Of a stretch of 19,502 nt of DNA, positions 1 through 8,865 are shown one piece after another. This stretch comes from Vitrella brassicaformis CCMP3155 (Eukaryota > Protista > Chromerida), in assembly GCA_001179505.1 (NCBI GenBank), contig CDMY01000794.1, forward strand, positions 1 through 19,502. The letters run 5' to 3'. The notes beneath the pieces were generated by a model. It ran no database searches, was not told where the DNA came from, and worked only from the letters and a program-made list of their open reading frames with translations. The translations under genes and the position numbers were made by a program. Positions within the stretch are counted from its first letter, which is position 1, and each line of letters begins with the position of its first letter.

Positions 1-1
1 A

Positions 2-300
2 GTTGACGAGGGGCTCGCCGAAGGCCTCGCGCATCTTCTCATCGACAAAGGAAGCCGTGGAGGGCACGGCAGGGTCAGCAGAGGGGGAGACGGCATCCGA
101 TCCTTCATCATCATCATTGCAAACGGCCGGGTCCGCGGGATACGCAACATTCGTGCACGTGCCGCGCTTGCAATTGACACAGTGCAGAGGCGCTTGTGCT
201 TCCGGCAGTCACACTTTCGGCTGCATGTGGACAGCGCAGACGTCCCTTTCGCGTCGCATGCGCAACAGGGGGGCCCGCCGTCGTCTCGCGGGATGAGGGT
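2..300 (-). pseudogene. Partial Cys-rich (CXC-like) coding fragment with apparent frameshift at about 179-180; runs off the window start
   Basis: One minus frame reads ...PPCCACDAKGTSALSTCSRKCDCRKHKRLCT. A second frame continues VNCKRGTCTNVAYPADPAVCNDDDEGSD...EKMREAFGEPLVN and stays open to the window edge. Removing one GT from ACTGTGTC joins them. Confidence 0.35.
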
Positions 301-625
301 GGCTGGGGGGGTTGGGTGTAGTCCGATACACGCTCCCTCATCCGAAAAGGAGGAGAAACAGCCGAGAAATAACCGACTCAATCATGTGTTTGAATCGTCT
401 ATTCAATCACTGCAGAATAGAGTACCAGCGCATTGGTCAGTCAAATGATCAATCGGTACCGACAAGATATTGCCTGCGTACGTACATGCGTATGTTTGTA
501 TGTGCAGATGGTGTGTTTGGATTATGAGAGATTCAAGGCGTTGCTGTTCAAGATAGAGGCCATGAACTCGCACCCCGACACGCAGGCCCGTCCGCATCAC
601 CATCGCAAGGCAGAAACTCACCGCA

Positions 626-2844
626 ATGGCGCACAACCTACGTCTAAAAGTGAGTAGAAACAGAAAGGCAGGAGCACACACAGAGAGAAAGAGGTGGCGC
701 ATGCACATCATGTCTGGTGTGTGTGTTTGGTGTGTGGTGTTCAGTCGTTGGACCCGTCGCTGCTCTCCCTCCCTCCCGCGTTGCTGTTTGACCGACTCGG
801 CCCTCTCATCGGCACCGAGTCCGTCATCGGGGGCCTGGCACGTGCCCACTCGTCCTTCCTGGTGCCCTCCCACGACCCCGACATGCACACAACCATCACC
901 TTCACCGCCGACCACGCCATCCACCCCACCGACAAGCAACTGGAGGCATGGGTGCCCCGGCTGGCCAAGACGTCTTGGGCGGTGCTCAGCTGTCGGATGA
1001 ACATGGGCATGGTGAAGCTGCTGGAGGCCATTAACGAGACTCTCGAGCATTTGGAGGCGGACAGCACGTCGACAGAGCCACACGAGATAGATCTTTTGGA
1101 TCTGGAGAGCGAAGAGCGGACGGCATTCCCCCGGTTGAAGACAGTAGCAGTGGGCGGGCGGTGAGGGTGGGTTACCGATGCAGCGCTACTGGGACCTACG
1201 GTGGGGTCTTACAAAACACAATTCAGCCAGTGCAGTCAGCCCGCCACCTGGCACCGACCGAACACTCCCTCTTGTGTGTGTGCGCGCCACAGGTCGCTCG
1301 AGTGTAAGCTGCGCAAGCAGAGCATGCAGGAGAGGATCGCCCACAACCACGAATTCGAACCCAACAGTCGCTACGGGCAGCTCTGGCTGTCCTGGCGCAG
1401 GAGCGTGCCCATCATCCTCCTGTCGCCCCCATTCGCGTGGGATGCGCGTGAGGCGATGGGCCTCATCATCGAGTCCGCGCAGGTCAAGATTGTGAGGAGC
1501 ATCGCCATCACAGAGGAACAGCCCGACCTGGACGGCTGGATCGACGAGGACAATGATGAGCCGAGAAGGTCGCTCGAGTGCATCGAGGCCACCATCAAGG
1601 CAAAAAAGATCACGCCAAGAATCATGTCGGTGAGTGACCAATGCACGCACAGAAAGCGAGTGGCCACTCGCGACACATCCTGTCTGTTGCCTGCTGTGTC
1701 GCAGTCGCTGCATAAGGTCCACAAGTACCGTGTGAGCCCTGGCGGCAAGGAGGACTACAGCAGCAGCGCATTCATTTTCCCCTTCACCCTCCTCTGGCCC
1801 ACCAACCCCGACATCATCATCCGCAACATCTACGACAGCGAGACGCCCGCATTCGAGTCGTCCACCCTCGCCCTGGCTGCCTCCCTCGCCACATCGGTGA
1901 CCTTCCCCACCAGCCTCGCACAGGACAATGTCATCATCCCGGCCTTCTACCGCCTCCTGCCCAAGCTGCTCTTCAGCTCAGCCCGCACCCTCACCCTTCA
2001 AAAGGCCAGGGACACCGACCACCCCCTCCTACAGCCACTGCTTTTCAATCTCGGCCGCATCTTCCCATCGGTGCGGTCCATCGACATGGGCAAGGCACAG
2101 CAGCTGGGCGAGGGGGCCGTCGTCAAGACGATAGATGACCTCCCATCGCTTCGAGTGGTGCGGTTCGCACGGCAGGCCATTCTTTGCGGGCCCGAGGGGT
2201 TCTTCCTCCCGTCGTACCTGCGCAACTGTGCGAGTGACGGGCCGCTGCTGCACATCAAGGGGGCGTTTTACTCATCCTTTGCTGTAGATGACGGTTGGTC
2301 GCTGTGGGAGGGGGAGGAAGAGGAAAGCGGGGCTGAGGCGCCTGTGGGCAAGGCAGATGGGGGCGACAAGAATGCAGGCAGCGGCACCAGGGAGGAGATG
2401 TCAGTGGGAACAGCAGAGAGGCGCAGCAAGGAGGGAGGTAGTGGGGGAATCGCGCGTCGCATCCGTCGCATCAGCGTGGTTTTCTCGGCTGACTATGAGC
2501 CAGAGGACGCAGAGGAGGATGGCCTGAACCCTAAACCCCTAAACCCACGGGTAGACAGGGAGGCCTTCGGCTATTTGTTTGACACGTGCATCAAGGCCAT
2601 CAGCACCCTGCCTAACCTAGAGTGCATCACACTCCGAGCACACAGCGAGTTCCCCATGGGTTTGCTACACACAGGTGGGAAGGGTGCCGTAGGGAGGCGG
2701 CTGAGCCGTTGCGGGTTCGTCGCTGTGCAAACAGGCCCTTGTAGTGTTGAGCTGTGTCGGGAGGGGCTGCCTGTCACGGAGGGCCAGCGGCTGATCACTG
2801 ACTATTTCTCACGTGTCCATAGTAGCAATGAGATGGTTGACTAG
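626..2844 (+). CDS. Hypothetical protein, about 4 exons (626-649, 745-1160, 1293-1629, 1705-2844); possible F-box-like N-terminus; true start uncertain
   Basis: Phase-compatible GT-AG introns 650-744, 1161-1292 and 1630-1704 join ORFs 626, 694..1164 and 1201..2844. There is a long open terminal exon and a TAG stop at 2842-2844. No family recognised. Confidence 0.7.
2523..2546 (+). repeat. Interstitial telomere-like tract (CCTGAA-CCCTAAA-CCCCTAAA-CCC) inside a coding exon
   Basis: The sequence cctgaaccctaaacccctaaaccc matches the complement of TTTAGGG/TTCAGGG telomere units and is translated in frame as LNPKPLNP. Confidence 0.5.
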
Positions 2845-2895
2845 ATGGGTGTACTGGCTGGTGGCGTGTGTGCAGGGGGTGTACAAAGGGAACAT

Positions 2896-3270
2896 TCACG
2901 TTTGTGCCCGGCGCCAAGTGTTGCATGCGATGCCTGCCTTTGTGGGTTTGATGTCCATCCAGCGCCCCATCTTAGCTTGTCTCTCTGCTTCTTGTCGTTC
3001 CGGTCGATCCGCCGGCCAAAGGCGAGGAGGAGTAGTTGGACAGTGTGCAGAGGAGCACGTCTGTGCCGCTCAGACGCACACATATCCTGACTGACTGATG
3101 CTCCATCAACTTACTGCATACACTGGCTGGTGTGTCGGAGCGAGTTGTGTAAAGACAGTCGATTCGATGTGCACAACTCTGACAGTGTGTGCCTGTCGAT
3201 GTCTTCTCTTGAGATAACGCCAGGTGCGACTCGACGGATGAGGACACGTACACCGACGTTTGACTTGCAT
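2896..3270 (-). CDS. Possible small two-exon gene (3270-3115, 3060-2896; about 106 aa)
   Basis: Strong donor GCA|GTAAGT at 3114 and acceptor CACAG at 3061 define a 54-nt phase-0 intron that joins two open frames. A second microsatellite-rich GT-AG segment lies at 3339-3287. No recognisable homology. Confidence 0.25.
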
Positions 3271-3509
3271 GAATTCCACCCAGGACCTGGCCCAGCGGAA
3301 TGGCACATCACACACACACACAGACAGACAGACAGATACCTTCATGCAAACACAGATGGACGCACAGGCTCATCGATTATCTTGCTTTTCTTTTCAAGAA
3401 CGAGCAGTGGCCGATTTTTCATCTGAGCGCTGGCCACTTCAGAATTACAGACGCATTGATCGGACACACCATCTGCCCTCAGGGGCCGGGGCCTCGGTGC
3501 CCGTTAACA

Positions 3510-3533
3510 AACGAACGAACGAACGAACGAACG
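3510..3533. repeat. (AACG)6 microsatellite
   Basis: Read directly. Confidence 0.9.
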
Positions 3534-3706
3534 ATTTAAATCGATGGGAGCCATGCAGCGACGCGTGGTTCCACGAGTTGCCTTTGTGACCGTTCTGGCT
3601 CGGTCAATGACATGTGGGTGGCTTCGGCTGTGATCCTCTTGTCATTGGTCTGGCCAACCATATGCATCAGCCGAGAAGGAGGCCCCGGCCTGCCATCATT
3701 TGCACT

Positions 3707-3742
3707 GAGACGGACAGTCTTCGCGAGACGGACAGCCTTCGC
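3707..3742. repeat. 18-bp tandem duplication (gagacggacag[t/c]cttcgc x2)
   Basis: Two adjacent copies with one mismatch. Confidence 0.85.
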
Positions 3743-4139
3743 CGACAGTGCAAAGGCCCGGCCAGGAGGCATCCTGGAGGAAAATGGCGCTCAAGGACGG
3801 CCACATGCCACTACTTGCCACAACACACAAAAACATACATCGGTATGCCTTGATTATATACATTAGCTCATAGCGCAACGGCAGGCAGGCAGGCAGAGTC
3901 TGTCGGTCTCTCATGAAATGAACTGCGTCAATCGACCAACTCTCAATCATGCGACAAACATGCCAGCAGCATCCTCAGCGCCCGCCTGGCGTATCTTCCA
4001 GCGGCGCCGCCCACCACGCACACACATACTCGCACTACGCGCCAAAAAAATACATACATTATACATTTATGCAAGCATGACAACCCATCCGTCATCATAT
4101 CGGATACACCACATAATACACCTACACATAAAACATACA

Positions 4140-4232
4140 GAGAACAGAGACAGAGAGACAGAGAGAAAGAGAGGCAGAGGGACGGAGAGACAGACAGACA
4201 GACAGACAGAGGGACAGACTGGGAAGGCAGAC
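4140..4232. repeat. GA/CAGA low-complexity microsatellite tract
   Basis: Purine-rich agagacagag / cagacagaca runs read directly. Confidence 0.85.
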
Positions 4233-5005
4233 ATATCCATACATCAATGTTTTCTGTTTTTCCAAGTGTCTCGGCGGTATATAGAACTTGATTTTTGGCA
4301 TAAGTATGGCCGTTTTCCGCGAGTGGGAGAGCGGGGCGCTTCTCCGCCACAACGAAGAGAAAGGGACGCTATTGAAGCCTCCTCATTCTCTGGGGCCAAA
4401 CGAAGAAGACGAGGAAGACGATCCAGCGGCTTGTAGCCAAAACAAACAAATTGAAAGCTCTGAGAGTCACCTTCACTTCGCTTGGTTGATTCTTGTTGTG
4501 GCAGCGTGTTCAACAACGCCGTGTTGTTCAGCGCATCGATCACGTAGACTTCATAAGTCCATCATATGCAGTCGGAGACATCCGCGAGTCTCGCAGCTAT
4601 CTTAGGATTTTTTATGAGAGCGAGAGTCTCAGAACAGACAGATTTCTGTCGTTTTGATTGGCTTCGAGAGAAAAAAGGAAAGGCTCCTGTGATTCATACA
4701 AGAGAAGGCGCTGGAGCAAGCGGCTCAACCCCTCCCCCCCCCGACAAGGCCGGGGTCTGCTCAAAAAGTTGGGTCTCTGATGTTTGACCTGCGATGTCGG
4801 TCTGATGAAGAAGACGCCCCTCTTTCATTAACATCATTTGAACATCACCGCAAACACACATCGGACCACATCCGCACACATACCTCTGTCCCGCGCTCTC
4901 AACCAACCGAAAAACTCGTGGTGTGCGCGACACGCATTGAATATGCAGCCATAGACATGCACACGGAAAATTCCGTCCGACGGAAAGGGTAAAGGAGAGT
5001 AGGAG

Positions 5006-5097
5006 AAGTTTCATGGTATATGAGTGACACAGTCAGTCGGTTTCAAATGAAAATCACTTAGCTTAAGTTTCATGGTATATGAGTGACACAGTCAGTC
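5006..5097. repeat. Perfect 33-bp direct repeat (5006-5038, 5065-5097) with a 26-bp spacer
   Basis: aagtttcatggtatatgagtgacacagtcagtc occurs twice. The second copy shares its last base with the stop codon of the minus-strand gene. Confidence 0.95.
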
Positions 5098-7000
5098 TAA
5101 GCCGCTGTCCCTTCCCCTCCCGCGTCGTCCCCCTCCTCCTCCTCCTCCTCCTCCTCCTCCGACACCCATTCGAAGGGACACGTCTGCGCGACGGACACAC
5201 CGAACACCTCTCGAAGAGAGGCACGTGATGGCACGCTGATTACTTTGTCCAATCGCTGTCTTTTCACCTCCTGGCTCTGATCACCGCGCAGCCGGATGGC
5301 ACACACATCGACCTCCGCAGGCTTGCCGGCATCGCCTTTGTCCGCATCAGACCCATCCCCAATTGGCGCCAGTGATGCGAGCGCTTCAGACACACTGCGC
5401 TTGATGAGACCGACGGAGTCTTTGTCGAGGCCTGTCGGTCCCTCCTTGCACTGGAAGCCGTATATCGTCGTCAAGCGCCCTCTCTCGCACACAAAAACGG
5501 AGAAGTCGAAGCCGATGAAGCTCGAGTAACGCGGCTTGACGAAATAAGATACGGAGGGCTCTCCTGGGAGTGTCGGGTCCATCTTGTCGTGGAATTTGAT
5601 GATGAGATCATTCACCGATTCCGGCGGACTTAATTGGATGACACCCCCAAACTTGCATCCATCGTTGACTGCAGCGGGGATCACCTGGGCCGCCGCGCTG
5701 CTCAAGTCTGCTTTTGCGAGTCCGACGGCCACCAGGTGAGAATGGAGGAGCCTGAGAAGTATTCCTGCGCCGGCAACGCCCTCCCATCTCTTCCCGGACC
5801 CCCTGTCGAGTAGAAGCTGGTCGAGAAGCGTGGGAATTACCCTCAGACCAGAGGCAAATCCTTCTCCGAGCTCCGACTTGACCTCATTTTCAAACCCTGA
5901 CGCCCTACACGCCAGCCCAAGATAGCAGGGCGGCCACAAACATGACGAGTCAAAGACGTCGATGAAGCGCGACCACGTCCCCAGACCACCCGCCCGCTCG
6001 ACGTCGCCCTCGACGGCTGTTCGAACCACATCTTGCGCAAGGGCTGCGTTGAGAGGAGGGCGCTTGGCTTTGCGGAAGATCGTTTTGACCTCGTCGGGGG
6101 CAGGTCGCTCTTCCGAATACATGAGCGCCAGCAACGATGGTGCCCGGCCGGTCCAGCACACGAAACCGGCATGCACGTCTGGGCAGAGGCCGCTCTCGGT
6201 CACATCGGGCAGCTTCTGGACTCTCGGAATCTCTGGCCGGAAGACCCTGCGGCCGCCGAACTTGTAGTAGTACTTCTCCAGATTGTCCCCCAGTGTGAAG
6301 ACGTGGCTCGAGAACACGAAGCAACGGTGACGCTTGTTGAGGAAATTGTTGGTGACGAAGAAATCGAAGTCCTTTGCTGACCGCGCTTTCTCGAAGTCAG
6401 TGTCTTCGGGGATGCGCAGGTTGAGCTCATCGACGAAGAGCGCGAGAGGGTGGGTGCCAAGCCATTCCTCGATGCTCCTGGAGCTGACCGACACATTTTC
6501 GACCCAGTCAGCAAATGTCAGGTCGGCGGCTGCCTTGTCTGACGCCTTTGCCACTCTCTCGAGAGCCTCAGGCGTCGCAGTAGCCCAGGCTATTCGCAAG
6601 CCAATGGACTCCAGTGGTGTCTTGTTGTCGAGCTCAAAGACACTCGGCTTGGTAAACTCGTTGAACGTTATGAAGAGAGCGGGAATGCCATGTTGTTGGA
6701 GACTCAGAGCCAGCTCCTTGATCATTCGCGTTTTGCCTCCATACGAAAAGCGGCTGATAGCGGTCGGCGGCACACGCCTGTAGGGTCCCCCACGGTCCCC
6801 ATCTATCGTTTCACACTGGCGGAGAAGCTCTTTGCCGATTTCCTCCAGAGCAGGCTGGCCGACGTAGGGTACTTTCTGGTCGGGGCTGAGAATGACGCTG
6901 GGCACGCCAGTGGGGTCACGGTCAGTGGGGCTGGTGAGCTTGCCGACGCGGATCAGGTCGGCGGCCTTGATCTCCACATCACTCCTGCCGCGGACGGCAT
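5097..7000 (-). CDS. P-loop NTPase + C-terminal restriction-endonuclease-like domain (Crinkler/RHS-type NTPase-REase architecture); main exon of about 1.9 kb
   Basis: 626-aa ORF with Walker A-like SRFSYGGKT and Walker B LALFVDE. It also has GSGKRWE, a nuclease-like P-x4-F-x-G-F-D...YGFQCK motif and an acidic poly-Glu tail. A splice acceptor (ctgcctgcag) precedes position 7000. Confidence 0.8.
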
Positions 7001-7083
7001 CTGCAGGCAGACAGACAGTACTTGAGTGAATGACTCAGTGCCCGCCTCTCTCGTTGGCTGGCTGGCTGGCTGGCCCGCCCCAC

Positions 7084-7330
7084 CCCTCCCATCTAGACAA
7101 CGACGTGGACCTACAAAGGCCATCCAAAGGCAGCAGCCTTGTGGTTGTCTCGAGCCGCCCCAGGCGTCGCCAGTCAGCAGTGCTGTGGTCGCGGTGGCCC
7201 GGTGGCCCGCACCGATGTGGGTCGGGGTGTAGCGGTGCAGGAATGCCAATGATGCCGGCACTGCCCTCTCAGCCACGCAACACAAGAGCCATCCTTCCAG
7301 GATGACCAACAAGTACAACGAACCCGGCAT
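7084..7330 (-). CDS. Putative upstream exon of the NTPase-REase gene encoding a hydrophobic leader
   Basis: ATG at 7330 starts MPGSLYLLVILEGWLLCCVA.... The 247-nt exon ends in phase 1 at G|GTGGGG, and an 83-nt intron (7083-7001, containing a (GCCA)5 tract) joins in frame to exon 7000. Confidence 0.4.
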
Positions 7331-7932
7331 CCATCCTGCGCAAATAAATAGGAACGCAAACAGGCAGAAACATGCAAGATACATGAGGGTGACACACATC
7401 ACACATGGTGATGCAACCGAGGTCATGCTGGATGGTCGCACTCACCACGGATCTGCCTGCCACCCACACACCAACACACACAGGCAGATGACAGGCAGAT
7501 GGGTGCGTGGATGAGTGCTATCCCTGCCGCCTCCCTCTCTCCCTCCCTCCCCCCTCGCCTTAGGTACATGCATGGTAGGAACTACGGCTGACTCTACCTG
7601 GGAGCAAACAGCAACTCAATCAACCTGCAGACAAGCAGAGGGACAAGCAAGCAGTGCATGAATGGATCGCAAAACATGAATCATTCATTTGTGTGCAGAA
7701 GCGATCGAGAGCAACCCAACGGTCCACGACATGCGTGAGATCATGGCAGTGCCTCAACTCACCGATGTGGGACAGCGCATGACATTTGTGGAGGCGGTTC
7801 ACCGGGTGGCAACCCGACAGCGTCGACAATGGAATCGTTGATGATTTGTGTTGACAACGGCAGCAGAGGACGAGACCCTGGCAAGTGCATGTTAAAGGCA
7901 TTTCGTGAAACGGAACCGCTCAGGATACCACT

Positions 7933-7968
7933 TATCCCTCTATACTCCACTATCCCTCTATACTCCAC
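7933..7968. repeat. 18-bp tandem duplication (tatccctctatactccac x2)
   Basis: Two perfect adjacent copies at the putative element 5' end. Confidence 0.95.
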
Positions 7969-8145
7969 TACAATTCAAGCTCGCCATCACCCACCACCAC
8001 CCACAGACCACCGCCGTCTTTTCGTGTTAGACGCTGCGGGAAATTCCCACGCTGCCTGTGCTCGACAGCTGGGGTCCGGGGAGGCGCGGGTGCGGAGGTC
8101 GGAGCGAAAATGTGTTTCGCGCGCGGAGCGATCACCCCACCTGAG

Positions 8146-8218
8146 GACCACATAGCGCAGTGGTTGAGGCGTGCAGCGAGAGTGAAGGAAGTCGCGGGCT
8201 CGAATCGCAGAGGGGTCC
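8146..8218 (+). pseudogene. Degenerate tRNA-like cassette 1 (Pol III A/B boxes)
   Basis: A-box TAGCGCAGTGG at 8153 and B-box-like GGCTCGAATC at 8197 have canonical spacing (T8 to G53 = 45 nt). The D-stem GCGC/GCGT pairs. Anticodon and T stems are broken. Confidence 0.6.
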
Positions 8219-8369
8219 CGTATTCAGCCCGTACAGGGCGACTCTAAACCCCCGTCTTTTCGTGTTAGACGCTGCGGGAAATTCCCTCGCAGCTGGGGTC
8301 CGGGGAGGCGCGGGTGCGGAGATCGGAGCGGAAATGTGTTTCACCCGGGAGCGGTTCACCCCGCCCGAT

Positions 8370-8444
8370 GAGCACATAGCGCAATGGTGAGGCTGCGTGC
8401 AGCGGGGGTACAGGGACTCGCGGGTTCGACTCGCAGAGCGGTCC
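8370..8444 (+). pseudogene. Degenerate tRNA-like cassette 2 (Pol III A/B boxes)
   Basis: A-box TAGCGCAATGG at 8377 and B-box GGTTCGACTC at 8423, with T8 to G53 = 47 nt. No complete cloverleaf. Confidence 0.6.
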
Positions 8445-8865
8445 TGTGTTGAGCTCGCACAGTGCGCGGGTGCTCCCTGGAACCGCTGCTGCGCGGGTCA
8501 GCTCCCTGATACAGCTTTCCAGAACGCCCGCGCGTGCGCGGGCCAAACTCTAGTCTACGTTTGCGATCGTCAGGAGCGGTCCACGAAAGGACCACGCCAC
8601 CACCGCTGGTGCACTCATGCACTTTTGTCTTTTGGTAGATTTTGTGATGCAAAGCGACATCACATCCATACCCACATTGATCATACATGCATGTATGTAT
8701 GACGGGGTGGAGTCAAATTGCATCGAGCACTGCTTCTCAGGCGCACAGAGAAGAACCAAGGGCTTCATGTCATCGAGGTTCATTCAACAAGGGCTTCATG
8801 TCAAAAGCGCAACGATCCCGTGGTTCCTTTCTTCAGGCAACAAGGGAAAGGCTAAGGTGTGACAC

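Larger units (their letters stand above)
8014..8467 (+). repeat. Two diverged tandem units of about 220-230 bp (8014-8240, 8252-8467)
   Basis: The first 35 nt are identical (ccgtcttttcgtgttagacgctgcgggaaattccc), as is a further 32-nt block (cagctggggtccggggaggcgcgggtgcggag). The 3' halves align with more substitutions. Confidence 0.95.
7935..8553 (+). mobile_element. Non-autonomous Helitron-like element (about 620 bp)
   Basis: 5' end A|TCCCTCTATAC (7934|7935, alternatively 7952|7953). The 3' end has a perfect palindrome gcccgcgc-gt-gcgcgggc (8526-8543) ending 10 nt before the terminus CTAG|T (8550-8553|8554). There is no target-site duplication and no Rep/helicase ORF. Confidence 0.65.

Noticed and set aside
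433-657. ORF ...MVCLDYERFKALLFKIEAM... as the first exon of the 626-2844 gene
   Set aside because: Its phase at the 650 donor (phase 1) is incompatible with the phase-0 acceptor at 744. The true 5' structure is left unresolved.
3706-3731. GAGACG motifs resembling the Toxoplasma WGAGACG promoter element
   Set aside because: They arise from an 18-bp tandem duplication, no transcription start is evident nearby, and a 6-mer is common at this GC content.
4288-4605. 105-aa ORF with an acidic patch (NEEDEEDD)
   Set aside because: No recognisable motif, a TTG/GTG-type start and no convincing splice framework.
5006-5097. CRISPR-like repeat-spacer-repeat (33/26/33 bp)
   Set aside because: Only two repeats, no dyad symmetry, no cas genes, and a eukaryotic intron-rich context. 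Kept as a local duplication.
5296-7025. Multiple plus-strand ORFs (e.g. 5843..6172, 6334..6783)
   Set aside because: Antisense shadows of the long minus-strand coding exon, which are expected in GC-rich DNA. The same applies to most short ORFs overlapping the other genes.
8038-8048. GGGAAATTCCC (also 8276-8286) matches an NF-kB site
   Set aside because: NF-kB is not expected in this lineage. It is better explained as a short palindrome within the repeat unit.
8051-8102. Superficial resemblance to 7SL/Alu sequence (gcctgt...cagct...gggaggc...ggagg.tcg)
   Set aside because: Scattered short matches in GC-rich DNA with no SRP S-domain motif or helix structure; likely chance.
8146-8444. Functional tRNA genes
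   Set aside because: Anticodon stems do not pair, T stems are truncated and acceptor stems have several mismatches. No anticodon can be assigned.
8757-8803. 16-bp direct repeat caagggcttcatgtca x2 downstream of RPN3
   Set aside because: A short local duplication with no further structure; cannot support a function.
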